DNA of 64,000 nt from Eledone cirrhosa (Eukaryota). Where the stretch lies: contig OZ024749.1 of NCBI GenBank assembly GCA_964016885.1, forward strand, positions 48,050,001 to 48,114,000, read 5' to 3'. Below the pieces are notes generated by a model. That model was not told the DNA's origin, searched no databases, and worked only from the letters and a program-made list of their open reading frames with translations. Position numbers and translations under genes: made by a program. Numbering within the stretch: position 1 is the first letter of the stretch; the number at the start of each line of letters is the position of its first letter. Positions 1 through 13,620 of this stretch are shown here, in pieces.

Positions 1-41
<41 letters not shown>

Positions 42-798
42 ACGATCATAAATAATTTGATATTCTTATAATGTTAATTTGTTAATTTTTTAAATTCAAA
101 GATGTGAAAAAAAAAATAGAGGCTAATTCTTATTAATTACATTTTTTTGTATCTGGTAAGTTTAACCTGAAAGCTAAATTAATGAATGAACTTTGGGCGT
201 TACATATAAACTAATAATTTCAGCAGTTTGAGTGAAAGAATAATTCGATATATATATATTGCAATGTTGCTCCGAAGAATTAGCATCAATTTTTGTTCCT
301 ATAATTCATGTTATAAAATTATCTGTAATATGTAATTTCAACTTTTGTATAGTGATAAATTATACTGAAAATGTAATAATTGAGTTTGATTTCGAAAAAA
401 TTATATTCTTTCAAAATGGAAATCATATGCGTTTTCAATTATTATAAGTGCTTGCTATCATTACATCGGTTCCTCATTATATATATATATATATATATAT
501 AAGTATTAGTTATTTTATCTAATTCCAATATATTTCTTTTTTATATTTCTCTTGCCAAGACCTACATTTTGAAAATATGTTAATCCTTATTTTTTTTATT
601 GTTCGTGTAATATTTCTCCAAGTTTACATTCTACGCGATTAGCCTCGTTTAGTTTTTTGTTTCTTCGCTTTCGTATTTTATAAGGCATTGTATAATATCC
701 ATCAAATTTCGTTTAAACCTTCTTTTCGTTTTTTTTGTGAGAAATAAAATCATTATCCATCCAGCGTCATTATTGTTTATTGACATCATCGTCTCCAT

Positions 799-854
<56 letters not shown>

Positions 855-1325
855 ACACTTCCACCGACATTATCTTTCATCAATGTCAGACCCTTCCACC
901 TTCATGCCAACATCCTTATCATCATCATCGCTATAATTATTATTATCACCATCTATATTATCCTCATCGTCGTCGTCGTCATTTTATTCATCACCATCAA
1001 GGTTTCTCTTATTAATATTTTGTTATTGTTATTAATCATTAATCACCATCATCATCAACATCATCATCAACTTTACATCTGTGTCATTTCATTTTATTTT
1101 TTTGTCGTCGGGAAATGTATCCACCACGCTGATTTCATATAAGAAACCATGTCTTCAGTCCGAATGACATATGTTGTGTTTCAGGAATACATTAACCGCC
1201 CAAATACATTTTTGTAACCTATTCACACTTATAAATGGTTAGAATTGTCTTGTGAAATAATTGGTAAATCTTTCTCGAGTGTTTAATAATTTTTTTGTAA
1301 TATCTTTCTTTAAACAATACTGCAC

Positions 1326-2302
1326 TCACACTATCGTAATAGCGTTGTTCGCTTGGTCAATACCCGATGATCGATGTGATTTCTTGCTCGATTCCATAGA
1401 ATCTTTTGATTTTATAGCATTAGGTATGACCTTTCGAGATGGAGAACTTCCTTTCGTAGGATGGTCAAGTGTGGAAGTTGGAGTATTGGATGCCCTGTGC
1501 AAAGGTGATGAAGACGTTGTTGGCAATGCGCTATATGAATACGCTTGCGAAGCGGGTATTTTGCTAGGATTTTGTTTACTAGAATTATTTGATGGGTTAT
1601 TATGTTGAGCCTGCCTAGTAGGTGATGATTGCGTCGGGGGTGTTGACATTAAACTAACAGTTTCAGGGCCTCCTATACTACTTCCACCCATTCCTCCACC
1701 CATACTTCCGACTCCAGACACACCACCAATTTTGTTCGACTCCTTCTCAATCTTCCTTGATAATTTTATTTCATCCATATCATCTTTTTCTCGTCTCGAT
1801 TTTTTCATACGTTCTCGCTGATAATATACACCAGCAAATATAAGTATGTTGAGGAAGAGTAATGAGCAGCCGACAGCCACAGTGATGCTGAGTGGAACGA
1901 TGCTTTCTCCTTCTTTACTAGCCGATGCAATATCCCTTTGTGAGTTCGTACCCGACGTAGTTCGCCGATCGTCCATAGCATAATCTGGGGTTGTCCCAGT
2001 TGAGAGATCGTTTGCGTAGTCGACAATATAGCTGTTCGGTGGCAGGGTTGATGGACCGCCATTTGTTGAAGGAGAATGCGATTTGGGTGGAGGAGTAATG
2101 GGAGGGACAGGAGGAGGAGAAGGGAAGACATCCGTAAAGTGAAAAAGCCTGTCCGGTTCATCGTATGTGCTCATATTATTTGAATTATATAATCGATGAT
2201 GTTCTGGGCTGCAGTTATCCGGTTTATGAATCTTTGGAAGTAATTCTAACCAAAGAGAAATTTTCTGACACCGGTAATATTCTTTCACATTTGGACGCCT
2301 TC
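1326..2302 (-). CDS. nlgn: Neuroligin-like gene, last coding exon (stalk, transmembrane helix, cytoplasmic tail, PDZ-binding end)
   Basis: T-rich tract then tgcAG|GA AGG CGT CCA. Encodes RRPNVKEYYRCQKISLWLELLPKIH, a Pro/Ser/Thr stalk, TM LSITVAVGCSLLFLNILIFAGVYYQR, and ends ITIV* (class I PDZ motif T-x-V). Confidence 0.95.
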
Positions 2303-2418
2303 CTGCAATAAAAAAAATAAGTCAATGTTAACATCTTAATTTAAGTGCAACATGCTCATTCATATAAATGTGTTAATACATGTAGATATTTGTATACTCT
2401 TTTACTCTTTTACCTGTT

Positions 2419-2532
2419 AAAAATAGGTTGCTCTGAAGTAGCAGAGCAATGCCCATATGTGTTAGAAAGACCATATGATCTCTTGCGTCCTTGTCAAGGG
2501 GAGTGCTAACCGTCTCTCCTTTTTTGCAACAT
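2419..2532 (-). ncRNA. RNU6ATAC: U6atac minor-spliceosomal snRNA-like copy, full length, probably a retrocopy/pseudogene
   Basis: Minus strand reads ATGTTGCAAAAAAGGAGAGACGGTTAGCACTCCCCTTGACAAGGACGCAAGAG...GGCATTGCTCTGCTACTTCAGAGCAACCTATTTTT. Has the AAGGAGAGA box, GGTTAGCACTCCCCTTGACAAGGA core, a 3' stem-loop with CTACTTC and terminal T5, as in metazoan U6atac. Confidence 0.9.
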
Positions 2533-2731
2533 GTATGTGTATGATACTAATATATATATATAATATATATATATATATAAAATATATATATATATATATA
2601 TGGAAAGTTATATTTAAATTGTTGGGTTAACAACGAGTAAATATTTATAACTGATATAAAAGCACTCAACAAGTATTTGGAGTATATTTATGATATTAAA
2701 TAAATGGAAACTACATTTATAAAACCATATT

Positions 2732-2797
2732 TATTTCGTTATATATATTTCAGGGATATCATATTAACAATATGTTATGCCTTCTTCAGACAAAATA
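2732..2797 (-). ncRNA. Type I hammerhead ribozyme (family A, inverted arm; sense to the neuroligin pre-mRNA)
   Basis: Reverse complement of 5606-5671. Confidence 0.8.
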
Positions 2798-3475
2798 CAA
2801 TATAAACAGTCTTATAAATAAATAGATACGACATACCTTTCAATCACCTTGCATTTGGGAGGTTGATTTGGCAGTAAAAAATATTGTGGACAGTTGTAAA
2901 AAGAAAGAGATAAAGAGAGAAAGAAAGAGAAACGAAGAAAAAGAAGAAATGCATGTGACTAAATAGAGAGATATAGAAAGATAGATAAAGAGAAGAACTT
3001 CATGTAAAGAAACAGAGAGAAATATATATAGAGAGAGGAAAAAAGAAAGAGATAGATAGAGATAGATAGAGAAACTAGGAAGTTGTGTATCGGTTGATAC
3101 ATTTATTTATTTATTTATTTATTTAGCTCTAGTATTAATGTAAAGAGAGATGTATGTAGTTAAGAGAGAAAATAGCCGTTATATAGAGAGAAAAAAGAGA
3201 AAATGAAAAAGAGAAAATGAAATATAACCAGACATAAACGATGCAGAATTTAAAACCGCTATGTTTTATCCCGTAGAAAATATTAGTTCGTATAAAACAG
3301 GCATTATAATGTAAATACCAGTATTCAAGAATGAGACATGTATCTATAATGTGTGAAAAGTAATGATCTTATGTCTAGTTTTTAAAAATTCATATGTTTA
3401 TATCATAATTATAAACAAACTCCCAATTCACACGAAAACATTCTCATTGTGCTATAAAAATTCAAGTATACATAT

Positions 3476-4324
3476 ATGTGTGTATATATACACATATATA
3501 TAGAGTCTATATTAATTTATGATAAAATTATGTACATAGATAATGATAAACAAATTAAACAAAATAACAACTACTTTAATTATGGCCACAACCTTAACAA
3601 CTATAATAGAAAGCATTACAATAATTCCAAAAGCCATAAAAGAAATAGAACTAGGAATATAATATGGTTTGCCCCCCCTTTCTCACTAAACATTAAAACC
3701 CACATTGCTAAACTATTTTTTAAAGCTCTCGATAATCGCTTCCCTAGAACACATAGGTATCACTCAATTTTCAATAGACATACTATAAAACTAACCTACT
3801 CATCCACCAAAAATTTAGCGCAAAATATTAATAGAATAAATAACAGGAACTTAAAACCTAGCGATAATAGCATAAATAATATCCAAGTTAACAAATGTAA
3901 CTGTAGAGATAGATCTAAATGTCCGTTAAATAACAACTGCTTAGTTAAAAATATAATATACAACTGTAATGTTAAAACGGACGTTAATTCTTTTAACTAC
4001 GTTGGTTCTACATCGACGGAATTTAAACTTCGCTATAACAACCACAAGAATTCTTTCACAGATCCATCCAAAAAATCTTCAACAGCACTATCAGGCGTAC
4101 TCTGGCAACTTAGGCATGATAACGTTAGATATTCGACGACTTGGAATATAGTTTCAAGGGGGATTCCTTTTAATTCATCCTCTGAGACATGTGACCTCTG
4201 TGCGGAGGAGATATTCTTTATACTAAAATCTAAAAATTCCCTTAATCTACGGACAAATTTATTCAGTTGCTGCAGACATAGATTGAACTCAACGTTTAAA
4301 TATAAATTTAAATTTAAAATGTAG
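3476..4324 (+). CDS. PLE C-terminal region with GIY-YIG endonuclease (truncated; the ATG comes from the inverted arm)
   Basis: RNIIWFAPPFS...HSIFNRHTIKLTYS...CNC....CPL...C...NIIYNC...YVGST...FKLRYNNHKNSF...TALS...CDLCAEE...LN.R...CCRH; uninterrupted to its stop. Confidence 0.85.
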   Translation: MCVYIHIYIESILIYDKIMYIDNDKQIKQNNNYFNYGHNLNNYNRKHYNNSKSHKRNRTRNIIWFAPPFSLNIKTHIAKLFFKALDNRFPRTHRYHSIFNRHTIKLTYSSTKNLAQNINRINNRNLKPSDNSINNIQVNKCNCRDRSKCPLNNNCLVKNIIYNCNVKTDVNSFNYVGSTSTEFKLRYNNHKNSFTDPSKKSSTALSGVLWQLRHDNVRYSTTWNIVSRGIPFNSSSETCDLCAEEIFFILKSKNSLNLRTNLFSCCRHRLNSTFKYKFKFKM

Positions 4325-5605
4325 TTATGTTTGATTTGATTTGTAATTATTTATGAAACTAGCCGATAAATCTTTCGATTTCTTCTTTTTATTAAAACAT
4401 TATTTTTATTAAAACATTCTTCATGAATAATTAAACTACCCTAAAAGCTGATGCTCCAAATATATCGAATTAAATTTTAAACTAGATAAACTTCTATATT
4501 AAATATAAGAACATATGTAGACCAAATGGGTATCCTAAACTTTTGGAATGATTTCTGCTAGACAGGATTTGGTAAACAATTTTTGTTTTATCTGTTTCGA
4601 CTCTGATGCTTATGATGATCTTGGCAATATATTGTCAATTAACTTTGAAAGGCTGATCTCTGTGTTTTATTTGTATTATTTTTTAATATTTTTTAATATT
4701 TTGTAATATTTTTTATTTTTAATATTAAATGTTTTAGTTTTCTGTTTATCTATTTATTTTCTTGTCTCTGATATTTTTATTTTTATTTTTATTTTTATTT
4801 TTATTAATATATTGAAATCTGTTCTCTATTTCTGCTTGATCGACAATCATGTAGAATAAAGACAAGAATAGTATTGTTAAAATTAAAATTAATATAGACT
4901 CTATATATATGTGTATATATACACACATATATGTATACTTGAATTTTTATAGCACAATGAGAATGTTTTCGTGTGAATTGGGAGTTTGTTTATAATTATG
5001 ATATAAACATATGAATTTTTAAAAACTAGACATAAGATCATTACTTTCACACATTATAGATACATGTCTCATTCTTGAATACTGGTATTTACATTATAAT
5101 GCCTGTTTTATACGAACTAATATTTTCTACGGGATAAAACATAGCGGTTTTAAATTCTGCATCGTTTATGTCTGGTTATATTTCATTTTCTCTTTTTCAT
5201 TTTCTCTTTTTTCTCTCTATATAACGGCTATTTTCTCTCTTAACTACATACATCTCTCTTTACATTAATACTAGAGCTAAATAAATAAATAAATAAATAA
5301 ATGTATCAACCGATACACAACTTCCTAGTTTCTCTATCTATCTCTATCTATCTCTTTCTTTTTTCCTCTCTCTATATATATTTCTCTCTGTTTCTTTACA
5401 TGAAGTTCTTCTCTTTATCTATCTTTCTATATCTCTCTATTTAGTCACATGCATTTCTTCTTTTTCTTCGTTTCTCTTTCTTTCTCTCTTTATCTCTTTC
5501 TTTTTACAACTGTCCACAATATTTTTTACTGCCAAATCAACCTCCCAAATGCAAGGTGATTGAAAGGTATGTCGTATCTATTTATTTATAAGACTGTTTA
5601 TATTG

Positions 5606-5671
5606 TATTTTGTCTGAAGAAGGCATAACATATTGTTAATATGATATCCCTGAAATATATATAACGAAATA
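5606..5671 (+). ncRNA. Type I hammerhead ribozyme (family A)
   Basis: TATTTTGT-CTGAAGA-AGG..CATATT/AATATG..CCT-GAAA-TATATA-TA-ACGAAATA: 8-bp stem I, canonical core, palindromic stem III. Confidence 0.8.
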
Positions 5672-5808
5672 AATGCTTTCACTTCAATTTATTATAATAA
5701 ATTTATAAATTTAGGAATTTATAAATTCCCGGTTCGTTGGTTGGTTCCACAACCAGATGATTGTTTATATAGTGTCATACACCTGATTCCTTACCACATT
5801 TCCTTCGT

Positions 5809-5842
<34 letters not shown>

Positions 5843-5854
5843 ATATATATATAT

Positions 5855-5905
<51 letters not shown>

Positions 5906-5910
5906 CACAC

Positions 5911-6057
<147 letters not shown>

Positions 6058-6065
6058 CATATATA

Positions 6066-6121
<56 letters not shown>

Positions 6122-6127
<6 letters not shown>

Positions 6128-6283
6128 ATAATACATTTGAAGACTAAAATCCAAAGAGGGCTCGATAAGAATAAATATATATCAAATATATAAGAACCGT
6201 AGTGCAAATATGATTAGTTTCAGAAGATCCCGTTAAGGGTGAAAGCAGCGATATTTTGCTTAAAATGTAATCTGTTATTTTAA

Positions 6284-6290
<7 letters not shown>
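6122..6290. mobile_element. Family D element remnant (tail plus inverted HHR-like segment) between (TA)n tracts
   Basis: TTGAAGACTAAAATCCAAAGAGGGCTCGATAAG recurs at 52690 and as reverse complement near 42615-42650; 6216-6266 recurs at 53125-53175. Confidence 0.75.
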
Positions 6291-6371
<81 letters not shown>

Positions 6372-6482
6372 GGGGGGGGGGCAGAAATTACCAAACCTGA
6401 TCCAAGCCACTTTCTCTTGTGTCCTTCGAGTTGACTGTACCAACACTGTCTTACAATGTACTACCTCTGGAACAACGACAGT

Positions 6483-6725
6483 TATTGCTTGGAGTCTGTT
6501 GGCTTATATTATAAGTATGTTTCTATTTTGTTGTTAGTTTTCTTAAGAAGAATGTCGTTACGGTTATTATACACTTTAATCTTATTTCCTGCATCATGAA
6601 AAAGCCGAAACACCTATCGGCTGAAACCGGTACGATAAATTACTTTTTTTAAATAAATGTCTTGCTGTTATTCTATGAGGAAATCCCATTAGCATTTTCT
6701 TCTGTTTTCCTTGTTGTCCTAATAT
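6483..6725. mobile_element. Degenerate PLE remnant (family I): minus-strand RT fragment plus plus-strand decayed HHR
   Basis: 6483-6540 minus reads NNKIETYL*YKPTDSKQ*, matching the RT at about 53680-53730. 6593-6636 reads atc-ATGAAAA-AGCCGA..TCGGCT-GAAA-CCGG-TA-cgat. Confidence 0.6.
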
Positions 6726-6839
6726 ATATTCACTTGTGTGTCACTTCTCAACATTCTAAATACAATACACATATACACACACACACAGTCACATACGCGC
6801 GCGCGCACATACATACACGCACTCACACACACACACACA

Positions 6840-6887
<48 letters not shown>

Positions 6888-6898
6888 TATATATATAA

Positions 6899-6932
<34 letters not shown>

Positions 6933-7483
6933 GGAATACAGAGACAGGCAGACAGAAAATGACTATTCGGATGATTTGAGGAAACAACTGGACAGAGCAA
7001 ATTATTGAAACCACAGGCATTACAGAGTGTCACTGTAATTACTTGAGTATACCATGCAGTATGTTTCAAATTAATCAAACGAATATCCTGACAGCTAAAT
7101 AATTTGTTAGATGCGTATACAAGACAGATTCAATCTTGTAGTTTTAATAAGTATTCAGTAACAAATCAAAATATTTTTCTATCCAATTTCTCCTTATATT
7201 TATGTGAACATTGCATGCCAAACATTTTTTTTCTTACGATAGAATGAAATTCTGAGAGCTTTTAATCTAACCATATCACCCATCGCTCTGTTTCGTCCTC
7301 TGTTCTCTTCTCCACGTTTCTCACTCTCTTACATTCTTATATATTTATTCTTATATATATATTTTCTCGTGAACGTTATAATACGCATATAGAAATTAAT
7401 TTCTTTCTTAAAGTCTTTAAATGTGTTGCTCTGGTATATTTCATCCGATACCTCTCTCCTCATCACTCATTCTTTGTCCTTCT

Positions 7484-7610
<127 letters not shown>

Positions 7611-7651
7611 CATGCATGTGTGTGTGTATATGTATATATATATATGTGTGT

Positions 7652-7706
<55 letters not shown>

Positions 7707-7820
7707 TGTATACGTATATACATATATGTGTACAGACGCACAGTAGTATGTACGGCGTAATTCGGGCTGTCTGTTTACAAACAAACCGAACATTATAATA
7801 AATGTTCGATAAACCCATAC

Positions 7821-7869
<49 letters not shown>

Positions 7870-7912
7870 CATACTACTGTGCGTCTGTACACATATATGT
7901 ATGTACGTATAC
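7707..7912. repeat. Small inverted repeat (about 45-bp arms) embedded in (TA)n
   Basis: TACATATATGTGTACAGACGCACAGTAGTATGTA near 7720-7752 and its reverse complement near 7867-7901. Confidence 0.8.
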
Positions 7913-7915
7913 ATA

Positions 7916-7948
<33 letters not shown>

Positions 7949-8235
7949 GTATACATACTTATGTTTTGAGTACTTCTCGCTTTACCCTACATCATCATAA
8001 TGAATATATTAAAGTTATAAAGTCCACATGCTTACAATCAGCTCTAAAGTGGTCGGTTATTGTGGTCACTTAATTCAAAATATTTCAACTGAAGAAGCCT
8101 GTCAATTATTATAAGTATTTTCATGTGTCACCAAGCTCCAGTTTAACGTGCCAGACTTGTATAACAATGTAATATACTTAACAAAATATGACTTACGGTT
8201 CGAAATCAAATGAATAGATAAAATTCAGATAAGGA

Positions 8236-8412
8236 GTTTCTTCTTTTGGCACAAGGCCAGCGATTACCCCGGTGCATCACTGGTACTTAATTTTAGCGAC
8301 TCCCTAAGGATGAAAGACAAAGTTAACCACGGCGGATTTTAACTCAGAACACAAAGGGCCATAATTCTATACTGCAAAGCATGTTGTCTGACGCTCTACC
8401 GATACTGCCATA
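8236..8412 (-). mobile_element. tRNA-derived SINE with Meta-like central domain
   Basis: Minus strand TGGCAGTATCGGTAGAGCG...GAGTTAAAATCC...CTTTCATCCTTAGGGAGTCG..AAGTACCAG...CCTTGTGCCAAAAG; homologous to copies at 10901, 28533 and 29451. Confidence 0.75.
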
Positions 8413-8498
8413 GTGACCAAATAAATGTTGTCATGTGGAATATGACATGTGGTTAACCAAGAGCAATTACAACGAAAATATCATTGAATATATCTTAC

Positions 8499-8614
8499 CA
8501 ATATGCATATACTTCTGCTCCTCCTCTTCGTACTTTGGCCATTTCAGGTCAATGAAACGATTAACCACTCTTCCGCCATGAACAGAATCTTGTTTAACTG
8601 GTTTATTGGGATCT
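8499..8614 (-). CDS. nlgn: Neuroligin-like gene, penultimate exon (not in ORF track)
   Basis: ttttcAG|A GAT CCC AAT...CAT ATT G|GTAAGA; 116 nt. Encodes (G)DPNKPVKQDSVHGGRVVNRFIDLKWPKYEEEEQKYMHI(G), like neuroligin GDPNQPVPQD...NRFEEVAW..Y...Q.YLHIG. Phases fit both neighbouring exons. Confidence 0.93.
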
Positions 8615-9130
8615 CTGAAAATCAAAGGAAATATAATCGTTATTGATTAAAGTATATCATAGTAAGTGACAATAAATGAATGCTGAGTTGCACATGAAAA
8701 ATTGAGTATCTGCATTATATATTTTACAATAATATTTCACATATACAACCGTGTCGTCTGAAAGAACCTTTTTAATGCAGTATGAAATATTTACGCTTAC
8801 ATGGTTAAATATATAAATGTCAGTGTTTAATGAATTATATTATATAAATATGACATTACGTTCGTTTAATTCGTGTTAAAGGAAACGTTGTTTTAATACC
8901 TCTCGTTATACAAGATTTAAAGTAACATTATTTCAAAGAGACATCAACCATTTAAAGGAACGTTATTTCAAAATTGGACATATAGGTATCTACTGCTTCT
9001 TAGAAAATCCCGGATGTACTGTTATCCATGATCTAAAGAGATGCGATTTCAAAGAGATATAAACTATTTAAGAAAAGATAACATATGTACCGGGCATATC
9101 GTTATCAATTGTTGCTTTGATTTTAAATGA

Positions 9131-9132
9131 TA

Positions 9133-9193
<61 letters not shown>

Positions 9194-9225
9194 CTATCTA
9201 TCTATATATTTATCTATCTACCTAT

Positions 9226-9308
<83 letters not shown>

Positions 9309-9334
9309 CCTATTTATCTATCTATCTATCTATA

Positions 9335-9374
<40 letters not shown>

Positions 9375-9420
9375 AATCTATCTATCTATCTATCTATCTA
9401 TATATCTATCTATCTATATT
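9131..9420. repeat. (TATC)n microsatellite
   Basis: Visible tandem repeat. Confidence 0.95.
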
Positions 9421-10900
9421 CATATATATCGAGGATTATCTCACTTCTGTCGCATGACACTCTGGTTGTCATCCACCGCTTCATATATGTGTCCATATTA
9501 TAAATAAAATATATTATAAGTCGTTCTACTCGCTAAAGCATATGTACAGATGAGAACGGCGTGGTTAATACAAATTAAGGCGTTGATATAAAAATAAATG
9601 ACGTTGGCTTTAACTGCAAGCTGATATTTCAGTAGACAAACATTTTTACATTCATTTTAATTAATGTATATATATATATATATATATGTATAATTAAGTT
9701 GACATAAATTGTATGAAACATTCACACAAAGGCAGAAACAAAACCGAAACAGAAACAAAAAAGTTGACCTTATCCGAAATTTAAACTAATAAACAAAAAA
9801 CAAAACACGATATAAAATATGGCATCATATACCTAATATCGCTTAATGAATCACTTGAACAAGTAAAAATATTTCTAAACTTAGTTTAGCAGTAGAGCAG
9901 AAAGCAGTCACACACATTGGTGGTTAAAACGAATTTTAAATTAATCTAACTGTTTTGGATGGAGACCACTATTTAAATGGTAAAGCATTTCTTTACATGC
10001 CAGGATCAATGAAGTCTTTGTTGTTGTTCTAAATGACCTAGTTGAGATTTCATTGAATATATGAATGAATAAATTTATTGCAGTCGTGACAATCACTTAA
10101 ATTGTTTGTGTATCATGTACTACATTTTCTGTCGTGATTCATCCGTTATTTGAGGGTAGGGTATTCGTGGATGAGGGAAAATCGCGTTCAGAATTCATTG
10201 TATGTTTTGAAAGCAGGAAATATATATATCACAAGTAGAAAGGAGCTCAATGGATATATACACATATATACATGTAAGTATATAGAAACACATAATCAGT
10301 GGAATTTGTTATATTTATTTATAATTATATATATATGATATATATAATTGTAAGTATGTATATGTATATAATGTTGTGTGCATAATTATGTCTATGCGTA
10401 TATGGGCACATTTAATGTCATAAACATTGTTATTGTCATAATGAATTTAGGTCTTGATATGTTGTTGCTTTCAGTATATATTGTGAATATGAATAATTGA
10501 ACGTTTTCTTCATGAGTATTTAATATAATTTAGTTCTCATCGAGGCAAATATCCCTGACACCTATTCATATTTATAGATATCTATCATATAGATTGGGGT
10601 GTTCCGAAACATTTGTTGCTTAAATAGTCTATTTTTATGACTTAATCTGAACATAATTTATACAAGGTGTGTCATAAATTAGGAATTTATCCATTCATGT
10701 TAAACCTTTTTTTCTAGTGGATTTTCACTGCATATCAAATGTAAATCCTCGATTTATCTCGAAAATAAATTAGAGGAAAATGTAGGACATTTGTATTGTT
10801 TTATAATCTCATTGCAGTTATATATGTATTTATTTTTCTGTGATTCATTTAACTGTTTTTCGTTTATAATTTCATGTTGAATAATACTTAAGTATTAATA

Positions 10901-11080
10901 CTTGTTTCTACTTTTGGCACAAGGCCAGCATTTATCCCAGTGTATTATTGGTACTTTATTTTATCGACCCCGTAAGGATGAGAGGCAAAGTTAACCTCGG
11001 CGGGATTTGAGATCATAAAGGTCTGTAACTCTTTACTGTAAAGCATGGCGTCCGACCCTCTACCTATACTGCCAATCCAC
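10901..11080 (-). mobile_element. tRNA-derived SINE (Meta-like domain)
   Basis: Same family as 8236-8412 (GGTACTTTATTTTATCGACCCCGTAAGGATG...GTTAACCTCGGCGGGATTTGA). Confidence 0.75.
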
Positions 11081-11175
11081 CGCAATAACATTTGGTTAGA
11101 GCTCAGAGAAACAACTCGATGCACATCTACTGCTATATGGTCGATAGTTATATGTGTATGCCCCCCCCCCCCTCC

Positions 11176-11208
<33 letters not shown>

Positions 11209-11785
11209 CACACAGACACATATATATATATATATAGTAATATATATAGTAAAGAACCGTAGAGCTTAAACTTTAATCTGTTATTTTAATAAATATATAT
11301 ATATTTGTCTGTCTGCTTTTCTGAGTGTGTGTGCGTGTTCTTGTATATTTACATACACAAGAGCAGTTAGTCACCGGCAGGAGAATAGTGTGAAACAATA
11401 ATGTGCTTGTCATCCAAGATGTCGTAGAAACTACGCAGTGTGATGACTTTCTCTATGTGATACGATTAAATCCTCCGATATAATCTGCTATATATCCGAA
11501 GCAGTAAAGCCGGTCGTGCAGAATTATTTCTAAGAACTAATGTGCTGAAATACTTTCATGCTTTGAAATATTTCAAAGATGAATTGTAATTGCTTATTCT
11601 TCAATACACTATTGCGTACAAAGGAAAATATACGAAAATATTGTGGAAAACGAATAAGAGATGCTCATAAAAAAAGAAACGCCCGTAAGGAATTAACACT
11701 TGGCTCACGCATAAACGGCTATTATATACTAAATCACATATTCACACTGTTAATACATACAATATTATAAATCATCACCCAATAC

Positions 11786-11848
<63 letters not shown>

Positions 11849-11909
11849 CGGTTACGTTTATATAAATACAAGATAGTGGAGTATATCATGTGTATGTGTA
11901 GTTACATAG

Positions 11910-11965
<56 letters not shown>

Positions 11966-11995
11966 TAGTTACATAGATGTATATATATATATATG

Positions 11996-12071
<76 letters not shown>

Positions 12072-12394
12072 ATATATATATATAATATATATATATATAT
12101 AGACGTATATACATGAAGCTAAGTCTGTTATTTATTCTAGTAGAAAATCCGATATTGTGTTTACAGAAGAATGACAATTGCAATGTCTTAGATACATCAA
12201 AGGAATATATGCATTTATGCGTGCAAGCTTCAAGTAATCACTATTTTTCTTATGGATTATAAAGTATTTAACACTTGTGTCTCTTATGTCCCAATCGAAG
12301 TAAAACTATACCAGAAGCCAAACGTAATTATGAATATAAAGAGTCAGAATGAGACAGAAGAAAAAAAGTCGATAATCATAAATATAATATCTAA

Positions 12395-12554
<160 letters not shown>

Positions 12555-13437
12555 TAAATATATGTAAATGAAGTAATTACGTCGTAAAGGTCCAGGAAAA
12601 AAGGTGTGCTCTATGTAGATTACAGAGCTTAATTGTTTTGTAATAAACAACATAAGATATTATTTCATTTACCAGTGGTTTCTTGAAAGCAAACAAACTT
12701 TGCTTTCAATCATCAGAATGAAAAAATCCTAGTGTATTTATTGACAGTGGATTTTAAAAGCAAAAATATAATCTATATGAAAATGAGGCTGGAAAAGGAA
12801 GAAGGAAAGGAAAAAGAATAAATATAAAAGTAGATAAACACACACACACACACACACACGCACACACATATACATACACACAGATATATGCATATACATA
12901 TATACACATATATACATACATACCCATATATATACACGTACAAATGCACATACATATACATATACATACATACACATATATATCCACATATCCATACATA
13001 CACATACACTCAAATACACAAACACACACATGTATATATATATATATATATATTCCCATACATAATCATACATATATACACACCTACATACACACACATA
13101 CATACACACATATATACACGCATACATACGCACACACATTATATAGATATGTGTACACACACCTACATACGCGCACACACAATTAAAAATAAGAAAAAAA
13201 TATAATAATAAAAATTATAAAAACAATAGACGACCATCTAAGCCGTCACATACAAATAAAATAAATGTAAAAATTATTATAACGTTGACAGCGATACAGG
13301 AAGGACACAAATAAATGAACAAACACACGTGGTAAGCAATACACACAATTACACATACACATACATATAAATAAAACAAATACACATACACATACATATA
13401 CACATACATACATATATAGATATATATACACACACAC

Positions 13438-13488
<51 letters not shown>

Positions 13489-13550
13489 CACTCACATGTA
13501 TGTGTGTAAAACTCATCCTTTGATGTATTCATTGAACCTTGTTTAACTCT

Positions 13551-13615
<65 letters not shown>

Positions 13616-13620
<5 letters not shown>

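Larger units (their letters stand above)
2601..5674 (+). mobile_element. 5'-truncated Penelope-like retroelement (family A) with inverted pseudo-LTR
   Basis: Arms 2729-3518 and 4886-5674 are near-identical inverted copies (one indel seen) around a spacer with a GIY-YIG ORF. Each arm has an HHR. The left arm has an extra tail (2601-2728) abutting (TA)n. Confidence 0.9.

Noticed and set aside
1261-2161. ORFs 1261-1608 (+) and 1805-2161 (-), and likewise 25816-26010 and 26016-26321
   Set aside because: Antisense or alternate-frame shadows of neuroligin exons.
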